Position numbers and translations under genes: made by a program
Origin: an uncultured Chromatiales bacterium
Lineage (GTDB): Bacteria; Pseudomonadota; Gammaproteobacteria; CBFCYW01
DNA length: 64,000 bases
Assembly: GCA_965602395.1 (NCBI GenBank)
Contig: CBFCYW010000001.1
Coordinates: forward strand, 2,846 to 66,845
Direction of reading: 5' to 3'
In this document: positions 27,573 through 36,039 of the stretch, piece by piece
Position numbering within the stretch: position 1 is the stretch's first letter
How the letters are laid out: every line of letters begins with the position of its first letter
Notes under the pieces: model-generated
Told to the model about the DNA's origin: nothing
The model's input: only the letters and a program-made list of their open reading frames with translations
The model's database searches: none

Positions 27573-28121
27573 TCAGTCCAGCGCAGGTTGCAGGCGCACG
27601 CTGCGCGAGTGCGGATAGTTCAGCTCGCCGGAGAGCCGCCACCTGGCGTCGGTCGGCTGCAACCGCAGATACCAGCGCGCCTTTTGCAGCGGCACCGCCA
27701 GCTCGGCGTTGTAGCCGCTGGCGTCGCGCTGCAGTTGCAGGCTGCGATCGCGATCGGCATGGGTGGGGTGCAGCAGCTGCAGATGCAGCTGGTCGGGCAT
27801 CTGCTCGCCGGTGGCCAGTAGTTGCAGAGCGCGGCCGTTGCCGTCGAAACGCAGCAGGGCGTCGAGGCCCAGAGCGGCGGCGCGCTGGCCGGCTTCGCGC
27901 TGCAGATTGATGGCCTTGCCCTGCTTGTAGTAGTCGCCGACCACCAGACTGTCGCGGTTGCTGACCGCGATGATCACGGTGATGATCCCGGCGATCACGG
28001 CGCTCATCGGCAGGCCGATCAGCACCCAGGGCCAGAACTGGCGGTACCAGGGCTGGCTGTCTTCGAGCTGCTGTGGCTTGCGCGGCGCGCTGGGTTTGTC
28101 GGCGAGGCTCATGCTGTTCAT
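27573..28121 (-). CDS. ccoH: FixH/CcoH family cbb3 oxidase assembly protein
   Basis: Motif PWYRQFWPWVLIGLPMSAVIAG...VGDYYKQGKAIN. Confidence 0.75.
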   Translation of the reverse strand: MNSMSLADKPSAPRKPQQLEDSQPWYRQFWPWVLIGLPMSAVIAGIITVIIAVSNRDSLVVGDYYKQGKAINLQREAGQRAAALGLDALLRFDGNGRALQLLATGEQMPDQLHLQLLHPTHADRDRSLQLQRDASGYNAELAVPLQKARWYLRLQPTDARWRLSGELNYPHSRSVRLQPALD

Positions 28122-28181
28122 CTCGTTACTCTGCGGTCTGTGGCGCTGCGCTGGCAGCGTTACTGTCGTCGACGGCCGGCA

Positions 28182-28220
28182 TCAGCGGCTGCTGTCAGCG
28201 GCTGCCGTCAGCGGCTGACG
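28182..28220. repeat. 3 x 13-bp tandem repeat TCAGCGGCTG(C/A)(T/C)G spanning the ccoG stop codon
   Basis: Read directly as tcagcggctgctg tcagcggctgccg tcagcggctgacg. The third unit carries the ccoG stop. Confidence 0.9.
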
Positions 28221-29641
28221 GGGCCGAGGAAGCGCGCGTTTTCGGTGCGGCTGATGTCTGAATCCAGCGCGTTGATGTGGAAGCGGATCTCGCTGCTCGG
28301 GGTCTTCAGAAAGGCCGGATCGATGCGCACGCTGACCACCTGATCGAAAACCTCGCCGGCGGGCAGGGTGATGCTCTCGGGGGCGACCAGCTCGGCCTGT
28401 TCGAGGCCGTCGATGGTGATCCGGTATTCGCGCGCGTGATCCTCCATGTTGACCAGTTTGAGCAGGTAGACGTTTTCGGTCAGTCCGCGGTCGGTGGTGC
28501 GGTACAGGGCGTTGCGGTCGCGGATGATGTCCAGCTCCAGCGGCACGCGCTGGGAGATGGCGAAGATCAGCCCGGCGCACAGCGCCAGCAGCAGGCCGGC
28601 GTAAATGATGGTGCGCGGCCTGAGGATGTGTGTGCCGGCACCGTCGAGGGCATTCTGGGTGGTGTATTTGATCAGCCCCTTGGGGTAGCCGACCTTTTCC
28701 ATCACCTCGTCGCAGACGTCGATGCAGGCGGCGCAGCCGATGCACTCGTACTGCAGCCCGTTGCGGATGTCGATGCCGGTCGGGCAGACCTGCACGCAGA
28801 GGGTGCAGTTGACGCAGTCGCCGAGCCCCAGCGATTTGGGATCGCTGCCGCGTTTGCGCGCACCGCGCGGCTCGCCGCGCGTTTCGTCGTAGGAGATGAT
28901 CAGCGTGTTGGAGTCGAACATCGCGCTCTGGAAGCGCGCGTAGGGGCACATGTACAGGCAAACCTGTTCGCGCATCCAGCCGGCGTTGCCGTAGGTGGCG
29001 AAGCCGTAGAAGACAATCCAGAACAGCTCCCAGGGGCCGAGCGAGAAGCTGATCAGCTTGTCCCAGAGTTCATCCAGCGGTGTGAAGTAGCCGACGAAGG
29101 TGAAGCCGGTGTACAGGGAAAAAGCAAGCCACACGGCGTGTTTAGTGATCTTGAGGCGCCATTTGCGCGCGCTCCACTGCCCCTTGTCGAGCTTCATCTG
29201 CTGGCTGCGGCTGCCTTCGATGTGGCGTTCGATCCACAGGAAGACCTCGGTCCATACCGTCTGCGGGCAGGCGTAGCCGCACCACAGGCGACCGGCCAGC
29301 GCGGTGAAAAAGAACAGCGACAGCGCGGCGATGATCAGCAGCACGGCGAGAAAGAAGAAATCCTGCGGCCAGAAGGTCAGGCCGAAGATGTGGAATTTGC
29401 GTTCGGGCAGATCCAGCAGCACTGCCTGGCGGCCGTCCCAGCGCAGCAACGGCAGGCCGTAAAACAGGCCGAGCAGTGCCAGCACGCCGAGCACGCGCAA
29501 GCGCGCGAAGATGCCGGTGACCGCGCGCGGATAGATTTTCTCCCGCTTGCGGTAGAGCTCGATCGGCTCGGCTGGCGGCTGGTTTTTGTCGGCGCTGTGC
29601 GCCGGGTGCTTGTCGGGCGACGGCTGGTTGCGCTCGCTCAT
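28208..29641 (-). CDS. ccoG: cytochrome c oxidase accessory protein CcoG (4Fe-4S ferredoxin-type)
   Basis: Motifs LYRKREKIYPRAV, CGYACPQ, CVNCTLCVQVCPTGIDIR and CIGCAACIDVC. Confidence 0.9.
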   Translation of the reverse strand: MSERNQPSPDKHPAHSADKNQPPAEPIELYRKREKIYPRAVTGIFARLRVLGVLALLGLFYGLPLLRWDGRQAVLLDLPERKFHIFGLTFWPQDFFFLAVLLIIAALSLFFFTALAGRLWCGYACPQTVWTEVFLWIERHIEGSRSQQMKLDKGQWSARKWRLKITKHAVWLAFSLYTGFTFVGYFTPLDELWDKLISFSLGPWELFWIVFYGFATYGNAGWMREQVCLYMCPYARFQSAMFDSNTLIISYDETRGEPRGARKRGSDPKSLGLGDCVNCTLCVQVCPTGIDIRNGLQYECIGCAACIDVCDEVMEKVGYPKGLIKYTTQNALDGAGTHILRPRTIIYAGLLLALCAGLIFAISQRVPLELDIIRDRNALYRTTDRGLTENVYLLKLVNMEDHAREYRITIDGLEQAELVAPESITLPAGEVFDQVVSVRIDPAFLKTPSSEIRFHINALDSDISRTENARFLGPVSR

Positions 29642-29916
29642 CGCGTCGATGGTCTCCGGTTGACGGTTTCACTGGGGTGCTGGAAGTACTGGGTCAGCGC
29701 GCTGGACAGGGTGGTCAGTAGCCAGAAACAGAAAAAGCCCGTGCTGTAGGCACCGAGTCGGGTTACTTCGGCGTCGCCGTGACCACTGGCGATGGCCAGC
29801 TCGATGGGATCAAAAAAGGTGAAAAACAGCGCGGTCGCCAGCCCGGCGGTGAGGAACGCGGGCCAGAGTACCGCGACGGTGTACTGGGTCTTGGTGATCG
29901 AACGGTTTGCTGCCAT
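29638..29916 (-). CDS. small two-TM membrane protein, unknown function, coupled to ccoG
   Basis: Two hydrophobic segments in 92 aa. ATGA overlap with the ccoG start. I recognise no family. Confidence 0.5.
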   Translation of the reverse strand: MAANRSITKTQYTVAVLWPAFLTAGLATALFFTFFDPIELAIASGHGDAEVTRLGAYSTGFFCFWLLTTLSSALTQYFQHPSETVNRRPSTR

Positions 29917-30057
29917 GGTGCTGGGGTTCCGGTTGCGGTGTGCCGCGAGGCATACGGGTTGCGCGTAGGGGGAGGGTGGCCCCGTTCTCGGGCGGCCTGT
30001 GCCCGACCGCTTACGGAATCCCCCCGGAGATTGCGCGGCAATTGTACGAACCGACTG

Positions 30058-30109
30058 CGGGCACGTCCCTCCCCCGCATGGTATGGGTCGCGGGGGCGGG
30101 GCGTGCCCG
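30058..30109 (-). other. GC-rich 20-bp stem-loop just downstream of ccoP
   Basis: CGGGCACGTCCCTCCCCCGC / GCGGGGGCGGGGCGTGCCCG pair 18/20 plus 2 G-U positions, with a 12-nt loop. There is no U-tract, so this is not a canonical terminator. Confidence 0.4.
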
Positions 30110-30126
30110 CAAGTGGTGGCTCCGGA

Positions 30127-31017
30127 CTAGTCTGCGGACAGGCTGTAAATGTAGGCCGACAGCAGGTGCACCTTGTCTTCGCCGAGGAAGTCGCGATGGC
30201 CCGGCATCTGGCCGTTGCGGCCATTGCGGATGGCGCGCGCGATCATCGTTGGCGAACCGCCGTACAGCCAGACGTTGTCGGTCAGGTTGGGTGCGCCGAG
30301 TGCCGGGTTGCCGCTGCCGTCGGGCATGTGGCAGGCGGCACAGACCGCGAAGCGGGCCTTGCCTGCCTCGGCCTTGGCGGCGTCCACGTCGCGGCCGGAG
30401 AGGCTCTCGACATAGGCGACCACTTCGGCGATGCCTTCCTCGCCGCCGAGCGCGGCGGCCATTGGTGGCATCACCCCCCGGCGGCCCTCGAGGATGGAGG
30501 TTTTGATCGCCTCCGGCGAGCCGCCGTACTGCCAGTCGTTATCCGCCAGGTTGGGGAAGCCGGGAGCGCCCTGGGCGCTGGAGCCGTGGCAGACCGCGCA
30601 GTAGTTGAGATACAGGCGACGGCCGACGGACAGTGCTTCCTCGTTTTTGGCCAGTTCCGGGATCGGCGTCTTGGCGTAGGCGGCGAAGATCGGGCCGTAC
30701 TCTTCCTCGGCGCTCTGCACTTCGGCTTCGTACTGGCCGGTCGAGGTCCAGCCGAACATGCCCTCGAACTTGCCAAGGCCCGGGAACAGCGCCAGGTAGA
30801 TCAGACCGAAGATGATGGTGATGTAGAACATCCACAGCCACCAGCGCGGCATCGGGTTGTTGTACTCCTCGAGGTCGCCATCCCAACTGTGACCGGTGAC
30901 CTCACCCTGGGCTGCTTCGCCGGCCCGTGGCTTGGCGGCCCAGTGGATCAGCCAGTAGCAGGCGAGAATGTTGCCGATGGTCAGGACGATGATCCAGACA
31001 CTCCAAAAATCGCTCAT
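30127..31017 (-). CDS. ccoP: cbb3-type cytochrome c oxidase subunit III (dihaem)
   Basis: N-terminus MSDFWSVWIIVLT and two haem motifs, CAVCHG and CAACHM. The start at 31017 overlaps the ccoQ stop; the longer ORF-track N-terminus is rejected. Confidence 0.9.
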   Translation of the reverse strand: MSDFWSVWIIVLTIGNILACYWLIHWAAKPRAGEAAQGEVTGHSWDGDLEEYNNPMPRWWLWMFYITIIFGLIYLALFPGLGKFEGMFGWTSTGQYEAEVQSAEEEYGPIFAAYAKTPIPELAKNEEALSVGRRLYLNYCAVCHGSSAQGAPGFPNLADNDWQYGGSPEAIKTSILEGRRGVMPPMAAALGGEEGIAEVVAYVESLSGRDVDAAKAEAGKARFAVCAACHMPDGSGNPALGAPNLTDNVWLYGGSPTMIARAIRNGRNGQMPGHRDFLGEDKVHLLSAYIYSLSAD

Positions 31018-31193
31018 TGCTCTGCCTCCGCTACAGATTTCTTGTGGATGCGTTCTTCTTCGGCGTCGAACAGTTGTCTGGCGGCGGCGTCGAAGCGGGA
31101 TTTCTGTCGGCTGCTCCAGGCCCAGGCCCAGACGCCGATGAAGGCGATGAAGGCGAGAACCGTGGCCAGCGAGTGCAGGTCTTTGATATCCAT
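31014..31193 (-). CDS. ccoQ: cbb3-type cytochrome oxidase subunit CcoQ (59 aa, below the ORF-track cutoff)
   Basis: My hand translation gives MDIKDLHSLATVLAFIAFIGVWAWAWSSRQKSRFDAAARQLFDAEEERIHKKSVAEAEQ*. One TM helix. It fills the ccoO-ccoP gap exactly and its stop overlaps the ccoP ATG. Confidence 0.7.
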   Translation of the reverse strand: MDIKDLHSLATVLAFIAFIGVWAWAWSSRQKSRFDAAARQLFDAEEERIHKKSVAEAEQ

Positions 31194-31198
31194 GGCGA

Positions 31199-31807
31199 TT
31201 ACCTCCGGGCCTTGATGACGGTGCCGAGGTTCTGCAGGTACGCAACCAGCGCGTCCATCTCGGTCTTGCCCTCGATGCTGGCGGCTGCGCCGGCGATGTC
31301 TTCGTCGCTATAGGGCACGCCGAGGGTGCGCATCACCTCCATCTTGGCTGCCACGCCGCCGCTATCGAGCTGGTTTTCGGCCAGCCAGGGGTAGCCGGGC
31401 ATGTTGGACTCGGGAACCACATCGCGCGGGTTGATCAGGTGCACGCGGTGCCAGTCGTCCGAGTAGCGGCCGCCGACGCGGGCCAGATCCGGCCCGGTGC
31501 GCTTGGAGCCCCACTGGAAGGGATGGTCGTAGACGAACTCGCCGGCGACCGAGTAGTGGCCGTAGCGTTCGGTTTCCGCGCGGAACGGGCGGATCATCTG
31601 CGAGTGGCAGTTGTAGCAGCCCTCGCGGATGTACACGTCGCGGCCCTCCAGCTGCAGTGCGGTGTAGGGTTCGAGACCCTCGACCGGCTCGGTGGTGCTC
31701 TTGTTGAAGAACAGCGGGACGATTTCGGCCAGCCCGCCGATGCTGATCACGATCACCACCAGCGCTGCCATCAGGCCGATATTCTTTTCGACAACTTCAT
31801 GACTCAT
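31199..31807 (-). CDS. ccoO: cbb3-type cytochrome c oxidase subunit II (monohaem)
   Basis: Motifs [11 protein letters not shown]..., [16 protein letters not shown] and [16 protein letters not shown]. Confidence 0.95.
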   Translation of the reverse strand: MSHEVVEKNIGLMAALVVIVISIGGLAEIVPLFFNKSTTEPVEGLEPYTALQLEGRDVYIREGCYNCHSQMIRPFRAETERYGHYSVAGEFVYDHPFQWGSKRTGPDLARVGGRYSDDWHRVHLINPRDVVPESNMPGYPWLAENQLDSGGVAAKMEVMRTLGVPYSDEDIAGAAASIEGKTEMDALVAYLQNLGTVIKARR

Positions 31808-31826
31808 GATGTCTGGTTCTCCCTGC

Positions 31827-33263
31827 TCAAGCCGACTGGGGCGCGGTTTCGTTGGACTTGTCGGCGACCGGTTCGCCGGACTGCGCGCCGCCCACGGTGC
31901 GGGCCACGTTGTAGGCCATCACCAGCATGCCGACGAGGAACAGCAACCCGCCGAGGAAGCGCACCACGTAGAACGGGTAGGTGGCTTCGAGGGATTCGAT
32001 GAAGCTGTAGGTCAGCGTGCCGTCGTCGTTGACCGCGCGCCACATCAGGCCCTGCATGACGCCGGCGATCCACATCGAGGCGATGTACAGCACGATGCCG
32101 ATGGTCGAGGCCCAGAAGTGCACCTCGATCAGCTTGTTGCTGTACATGCCCTCGCGGCCGAACAGCTTCGGCAGCATCGCGTAGATGGCGCCGATGGAGA
32201 CCAGTGCCACCCAGCCGAGGGCGCCGGAGTGCACGTGGCCGACGGTCCAGTCGGTGTAGTGGGAGAGGGCGTTGACGGTCTTGATGGACATCATCGGCCC
32301 CTCGAAGGTGGACATGCCGTAGAAGGACAGCGAAACCACCAGGAAGCGCAGGATCGGATCGGTGCGCAGCTTATGCCAGGCGCCGGAGAGGGTCATGATG
32401 CCGTTGATCATGCCGCCCCAGGAGGGTGCCAGCAGGATCAGCGAGAAGATCATGCCCAGCGACTGGGTCCAGTCCGGCAGCGCGGTGTAGTGCAGATGGT
32501 GCGGACCGGCCCACATGTAGGTGGAGATCAGCGCCCAGAAGTGCACCACCGAGAGGCGGTAGGAGTAGATCGGCCGACCGGCCTGCTTGGGCACGTAGTA
32601 GTACATGATGCCGAGGAAGCCCGCGGTCAGGAAGAAGCCCACCGCGTTGTGGGCGTACCACCACTGCACCATGGCGTCGATGGCACCGGGGTAGACCGAG
32701 TAGGACTGCCACAGGCTCACCGGCAGCGCCGCACTGTTGACCAGATGCAGCACTGCGACGGTCAGGATGAATGCGCCGAAGAACCAGTTGGCCACGTAGA
32801 TGTGCGGCGTCTTGCGCTTGAGGATGGTGCCGAAGAAGACCACCGCGTAGGACACCCAGACCAGCGTGATCAGGATATCGATGGGCCATTCCAGCTCGGC
32901 GTATTCCTTCGAGGTGGTGATGCCCAGCGGCAGGGTGATCGCCGCGGCCAGAATCACCAGCTGCCAACCCCAGAAAGTGAACGCGACCAGGCCGTCCGAG
33001 AACAGCCGCACCTGGCAGGTGCGTTGCACGATGTAGTACGACGTGGCGAACAACGCACAGCCGCCGAAGGCGAAGATCACCGCATTGGTGTGCAGCGGAC
33101 GCAGCCGGCTGTAGGTCAGCCAGGGAATGTCAAAGTTGAGTTGCGGCCAGGCCAGCTGGGCGGCGATCAGCACGCCGACGGCCATGCCGACGATGCCCCA
33201 GACCACCGTCATGATGGTGAACTGGCGCACGACCTTGTAGTTGTAACTTGTTTGATTATCCAT
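31827..33263 (-). CDS. ccoN: cbb3-type cytochrome c oxidase subunit I
   Basis: 478-aa polytopic haem-copper oxidase ([42 protein letters not shown]). Confidence 0.95.
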   Translation of the reverse strand: MDNQTSYNYKVVRQFTIMTVVWGIVGMAVGVLIAAQLAWPQLNFDIPWLTYSRLRPLHTNAVIFAFGGCALFATSYYIVQRTCQVRLFSDGLVAFTFWGWQLVILAAAITLPLGITTSKEYAELEWPIDILITLVWVSYAVVFFGTILKRKTPHIYVANWFFGAFILTVAVLHLVNSAALPVSLWQSYSVYPGAIDAMVQWWYAHNAVGFFLTAGFLGIMYYYVPKQAGRPIYSYRLSVVHFWALISTYMWAGPHHLHYTALPDWTQSLGMIFSLILLAPSWGGMINGIMTLSGAWHKLRTDPILRFLVVSLSFYGMSTFEGPMMSIKTVNALSHYTDWTVGHVHSGALGWVALVSIGAIYAMLPKLFGREGMYSNKLIEVHFWASTIGIVLYIASMWIAGVMQGLMWRAVNDDGTLTYSFIESLEATYPFYVVRFLGGLLFLVGMLVMAYNVARTVGGAQSGEPVADKSNETAPQSA

Positions 33264-33450
33264 CGGTCTCGATCACTCCCATCGAGCTAGGGGTTTATGG
33301 CGAGGCTTGCGCTGTGGGCACGGATGCGGTTCGCGAGGAGCCGGATTATGGCAGATTTATTAGTACCTGCTAATATTCTGTTTGTGCACAACGGCACGCC
33401 GCACCGCTTCTGAGCGTGGCCAAGGTTGCCGGAGGCATGCCAAGGCCGTT

Positions 33451-33464
33451 TTGATTCAGGTCAA
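33451..33464. promoter_or_regulatory. FNR/Anr box TTGAT-TCAG-GTCAA upstream of ccoN (and of fnr)
   Basis: Matches the TTGAT-N4-(A/G)TCAA consensus. It sits in the ccoN/fnr divergent region, about 190 nt from the ccoN start. Confidence 0.65.
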
Positions 33465-33707
33465 TAAGGCTAACGGAACGTTGTGCGGCGCACAATGAAT
33501 GCTTGCCGGGGACACGGCCAGTGCGGCCCGGTGAGCGTCGGAAAAAGGCGCCGATCATTCGTCGGTTGCACTGCACTCAGCACGCACGCCGATGCCGCGA
33601 GCAGGTATAATCGGTGGTCGGATTCGCTGGTCGAATGTGCCGGTGATCATCACCACGGCTTGGCCCAAGGTGCAACTCAGCGTGCAGCTCAAGGTTTAGG
33701 GGGCTCA

Positions 33708-34448
33708 ATGAAGATACGCCCGGTCATCGACGTCCACAGCGTCAAGGTCAGCTGCGGCTCGTGCAGCCTGTCGGAGCTATGCCTGCCGCGCGGACTGAAT
33801 GACGAGGAGCTGGAAAGGCTCGATAACGCGGTTCAGCACAAGCAGAAGCTGGAGCGCGGCGACCATCTGTTCCGCGCCGGCGAGCCACTGCGCGCAGTTT
33901 ATGCGGTGCGTTCGGGCTCGCTGAAGACCACCCTGTCCACCAGCGATGGCGCCGAGCAGGTCACCGGGTTCCACCTGGCTGGCGAGCTGGTCGGGCTCGA
34001 TGGCTTCGGCAGTGGCGAGCACGGTTGCAATGCCCAGGCGCTGGAGAGCGCCACCGTCTGCGAGCTGCCCTATCAGGATTTCGAGGAACTGTGCGGCCAA
34101 CTGAGCGGCCTGCGCCGCCAGGTGATGCATCTGGTGGGCAAGGAGATCACCCAGGATCATCGCATGCTGCTGGCGCTGGGCAAGATGGCCGCCGAAGAGC
34201 GCTTGGCCACCTTTCTGCTGAGCCTCTCGCAGCGCTACCGCGAGCGCGGCTTTTCAGCCACTGAATTCAACCTCAGCATGCCGCGCCACGACCTCGCCAA
34301 CTACCTGGGCCTGGCGGTGGAGACGGTCAGCCGGCTGTTCTCGCGGCTGCAGGATGAGGGCCTGGTGGAAGTGCAGCGGCGCAGCATCCACATCCGCGAT
34401 CTGGATGGCCTGCGCCGCCTCGCCCACGACGAATGCTCGCCGGACTGA
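33708..34448 (+). CDS. fnr: FNR/Anr family oxygen-sensing transcription regulator
   Basis: N-terminal Cys cluster SCGSCSLSELC plus a mid-protein Cys. The HTH has the ETVSR recognition motif. The start at 33708 is MKIRPV. Confidence 0.9.
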   Translation: MKIRPVIDVHSVKVSCGSCSLSELCLPRGLNDEELERLDNAVQHKQKLERGDHLFRAGEPLRAVYAVRSGSLKTTLSTSDGAEQVTGFHLAGELVGLDGFGSGEHGCNAQALESATVCELPYQDFEELCGQLSGLRRQVMHLVGKEITQDHRMLLALGKMAAEERLATFLLSLSQRYRERGFSATEFNLSMPRHDLANYLGLAVETVSRLFSRLQDEGLVEVQRRSIHIRDLDGLRRLAHDECSPD

Positions 34449-34484
34449 AGCCGCCGCCGCGCCCCCGTTGAATGGGCTCTCGGC

Positions 34485-35894
34485 TCAGATAGTGCGCGAA
34501 AAGCGCGGCTGTTCGCTCGCCTGGCGCAGGCTGACATCGAAGGGCATGCAGATGTTGCGCAGTAATAAGCGCCCTCGGGGGTTGATTTCGATGCGCTCGG
34601 CAGTGAGCGACAGCAAGCCGTCGCGAGCCATCGCTGCGAGCATCCCCAATTCCTGCTCGAAGTAATCCGCAAAGCTGAACACACCGATCACCGACGTGGC
34701 GTGGCGCTCAAATTCGGCGATGTCCACCGCGTAGTCGCAACACAGCTGCTGGATCACCTCGCGGCGCAGCTGGTCGTCCGCATTGAGCTGCACGCCGCGT
34801 GTGACCGGCAGCTCGCCGGCGTCGAGGCGCTGATAGTAGTCGTCCAGGGTCTTTTCGTGTTGGCAGTAACTCAGGCCAACCTTGCTGATCGCGCTCACGC
34901 CCATGCCGATCAGATCGCAATCGGCGTGGGTCGAATAACCCTGGAAGTTGCGGTACAGATTGCCGGCGCTCTGCGCCGCCACCAGTTCGTCGTCCGGCTT
35001 GGCGAAATGATCCATGCCGATGTACACATAGCCCGCGCCGATCAGCTTCTCGACGCTCATCTGCAGAATCGCCAGCTTCTCTTCCGGCGTCGGCAGTTGC
35101 TCGCTGCAGATCTGTCGCTGCGGCTTGAACAGGTGCGGCAGGTGGGCGTAGTTGAAGATCGACAGGCGATCCGGGGAGAGCTCTTCGATCACCCGATCCA
35201 GCGTTCGCGCAAAGCTGTCGCGCGATTGCAGTGGCAGGCCGTAGATCAGATCGATGTTCACTGAATGGGCGCCGAATTCGCGGCAGGCGTCGAGCACTGC
35301 GCGGTTCTGCGCCAGCGGCTGCACGCGGTTGACCGCGCGCTGCACCGCTGGGTCGAGATCCTGCACGCCGAGGCTGAAGCGGTTGAAGCCCAGTTCGCGC
35401 AGATGGCGGACGCGCTCGCGATCCACCGAGCGCGGGTCGATCTCGACCGAGTAATCGCCGCGATCGTCGTCGCGCAATTTGAAGTGCCGCTGCGTCGCCT
35501 CCATCAGCGTCGCGCTCTGCTCGGCGCTCAGGTAGGTCGGCGTGCCACCGCCCCAGTGCAGCTGCTCCACCGTGCGATCGCGGTCGTAGAGCGCCGCCTG
35601 CATGGCCATCTCGCGCAGCAGATACGTCATGTACTGCTCGGCGCGACGGCGATTGTTGGTGACCACTTTGTTGCACGCACAGTAGAAACAGACCGTGTCG
35701 CAGAAGGGCACGTGCACGTACAGGGATAGCGGCCGCGGGATGGGATCGTCGTTGCTCAGCCGCGCCAACTGCTGGTAGCGCTCAGTGTTGAAGGCCGGGG
35801 TGAAAGACGCGGCGGTCGGGTAGGATGTGTAGCGCGGCCCGCTCTGGTCGTAACGGCGGATCAGCTCGGCGTCGAATTGGACAGATCCCTGCAT
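34485..35894 (-). CDS. hemN: oxygen-independent coproporphyrinogen III oxidase (radical SAM)
   Basis: Motifs RYTSYPTA, the CxxxCxxC cluster (HVPFCDTVCFYCAC) and GGGTPTYL. Confidence 0.9.
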   Translation of the reverse strand: MQGSVQFDAELIRRYDQSGPRYTSYPTAASFTPAFNTERYQQLARLSNDDPIPRPLSLYVHVPFCDTVCFYCACNKVVTNNRRRAEQYMTYLLREMAMQAALYDRDRTVEQLHWGGGTPTYLSAEQSATLMEATQRHFKLRDDDRGDYSVEIDPRSVDRERVRHLRELGFNRFSLGVQDLDPAVQRAVNRVQPLAQNRAVLDACREFGAHSVNIDLIYGLPLQSRDSFARTLDRVIEELSPDRLSIFNYAHLPHLFKPQRQICSEQLPTPEEKLAILQMSVEKLIGAGYVYIGMDHFAKPDDELVAAQSAGNLYRNFQGYSTHADCDLIGMGVSAISKVGLSYCQHEKTLDDYYQRLDAGELPVTRGVQLNADDQLRREVIQQLCCDYAVDIAEFERHATSVIGVFSFADYFEQELGMLAAMARDGLLSLTAERIEINPRGRLLLRNICMPFDVSLRQASEQPRFSRTI

Positions 35895-35958
35895 CGGCGG
35901 ATTCCGTGATCGTGGCATGAGTGGCAGCGAACTCTAGTTGGCGCTTGGCGGTTTAACC

Positions 35959-35972
35959 CTGACGCAAGTCAA
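35959..35972. promoter_or_regulatory. degenerate FNR/Anr box CTGAC-GCAA-GTCAA
   Basis: One mismatch in the left half-site. It is centred about 70 nt upstream of the hemN start. Confidence 0.45.
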
Positions 35973-35995
35973 CTGCCACTGTGGCACATTGTCGC

Positions 35996-36009
35996 TTGAC
36001 GCATATCAA
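35996..36009. promoter_or_regulatory. FNR/Anr box TTGAC-GCAT-ATCAA in the hemN/ccoI divergent region
   Basis: Near-consensus palindrome, 37 bp centre-to-centre from the other box. Confidence 0.65.
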
Positions 36010-36039
36010 CACCAAAAACCAGACAGACTGCACACTGCC

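Noticed and set aside
26164-27642. 492-aa minus-strand ORF
   Set aside because: It overlaps the rhodanese gene (antisense) and the TauE-like gene (other frame), with an Arg/Ala/Pro-rich translation.
28277-33290. Three long plus-strand ORFs (28277..29749, 29779..31215, 31806..33290)
   Set aside because: All are antisense to ccoG, ccoP/ccoQ/ccoO and ccoN respectively, with no domain content.
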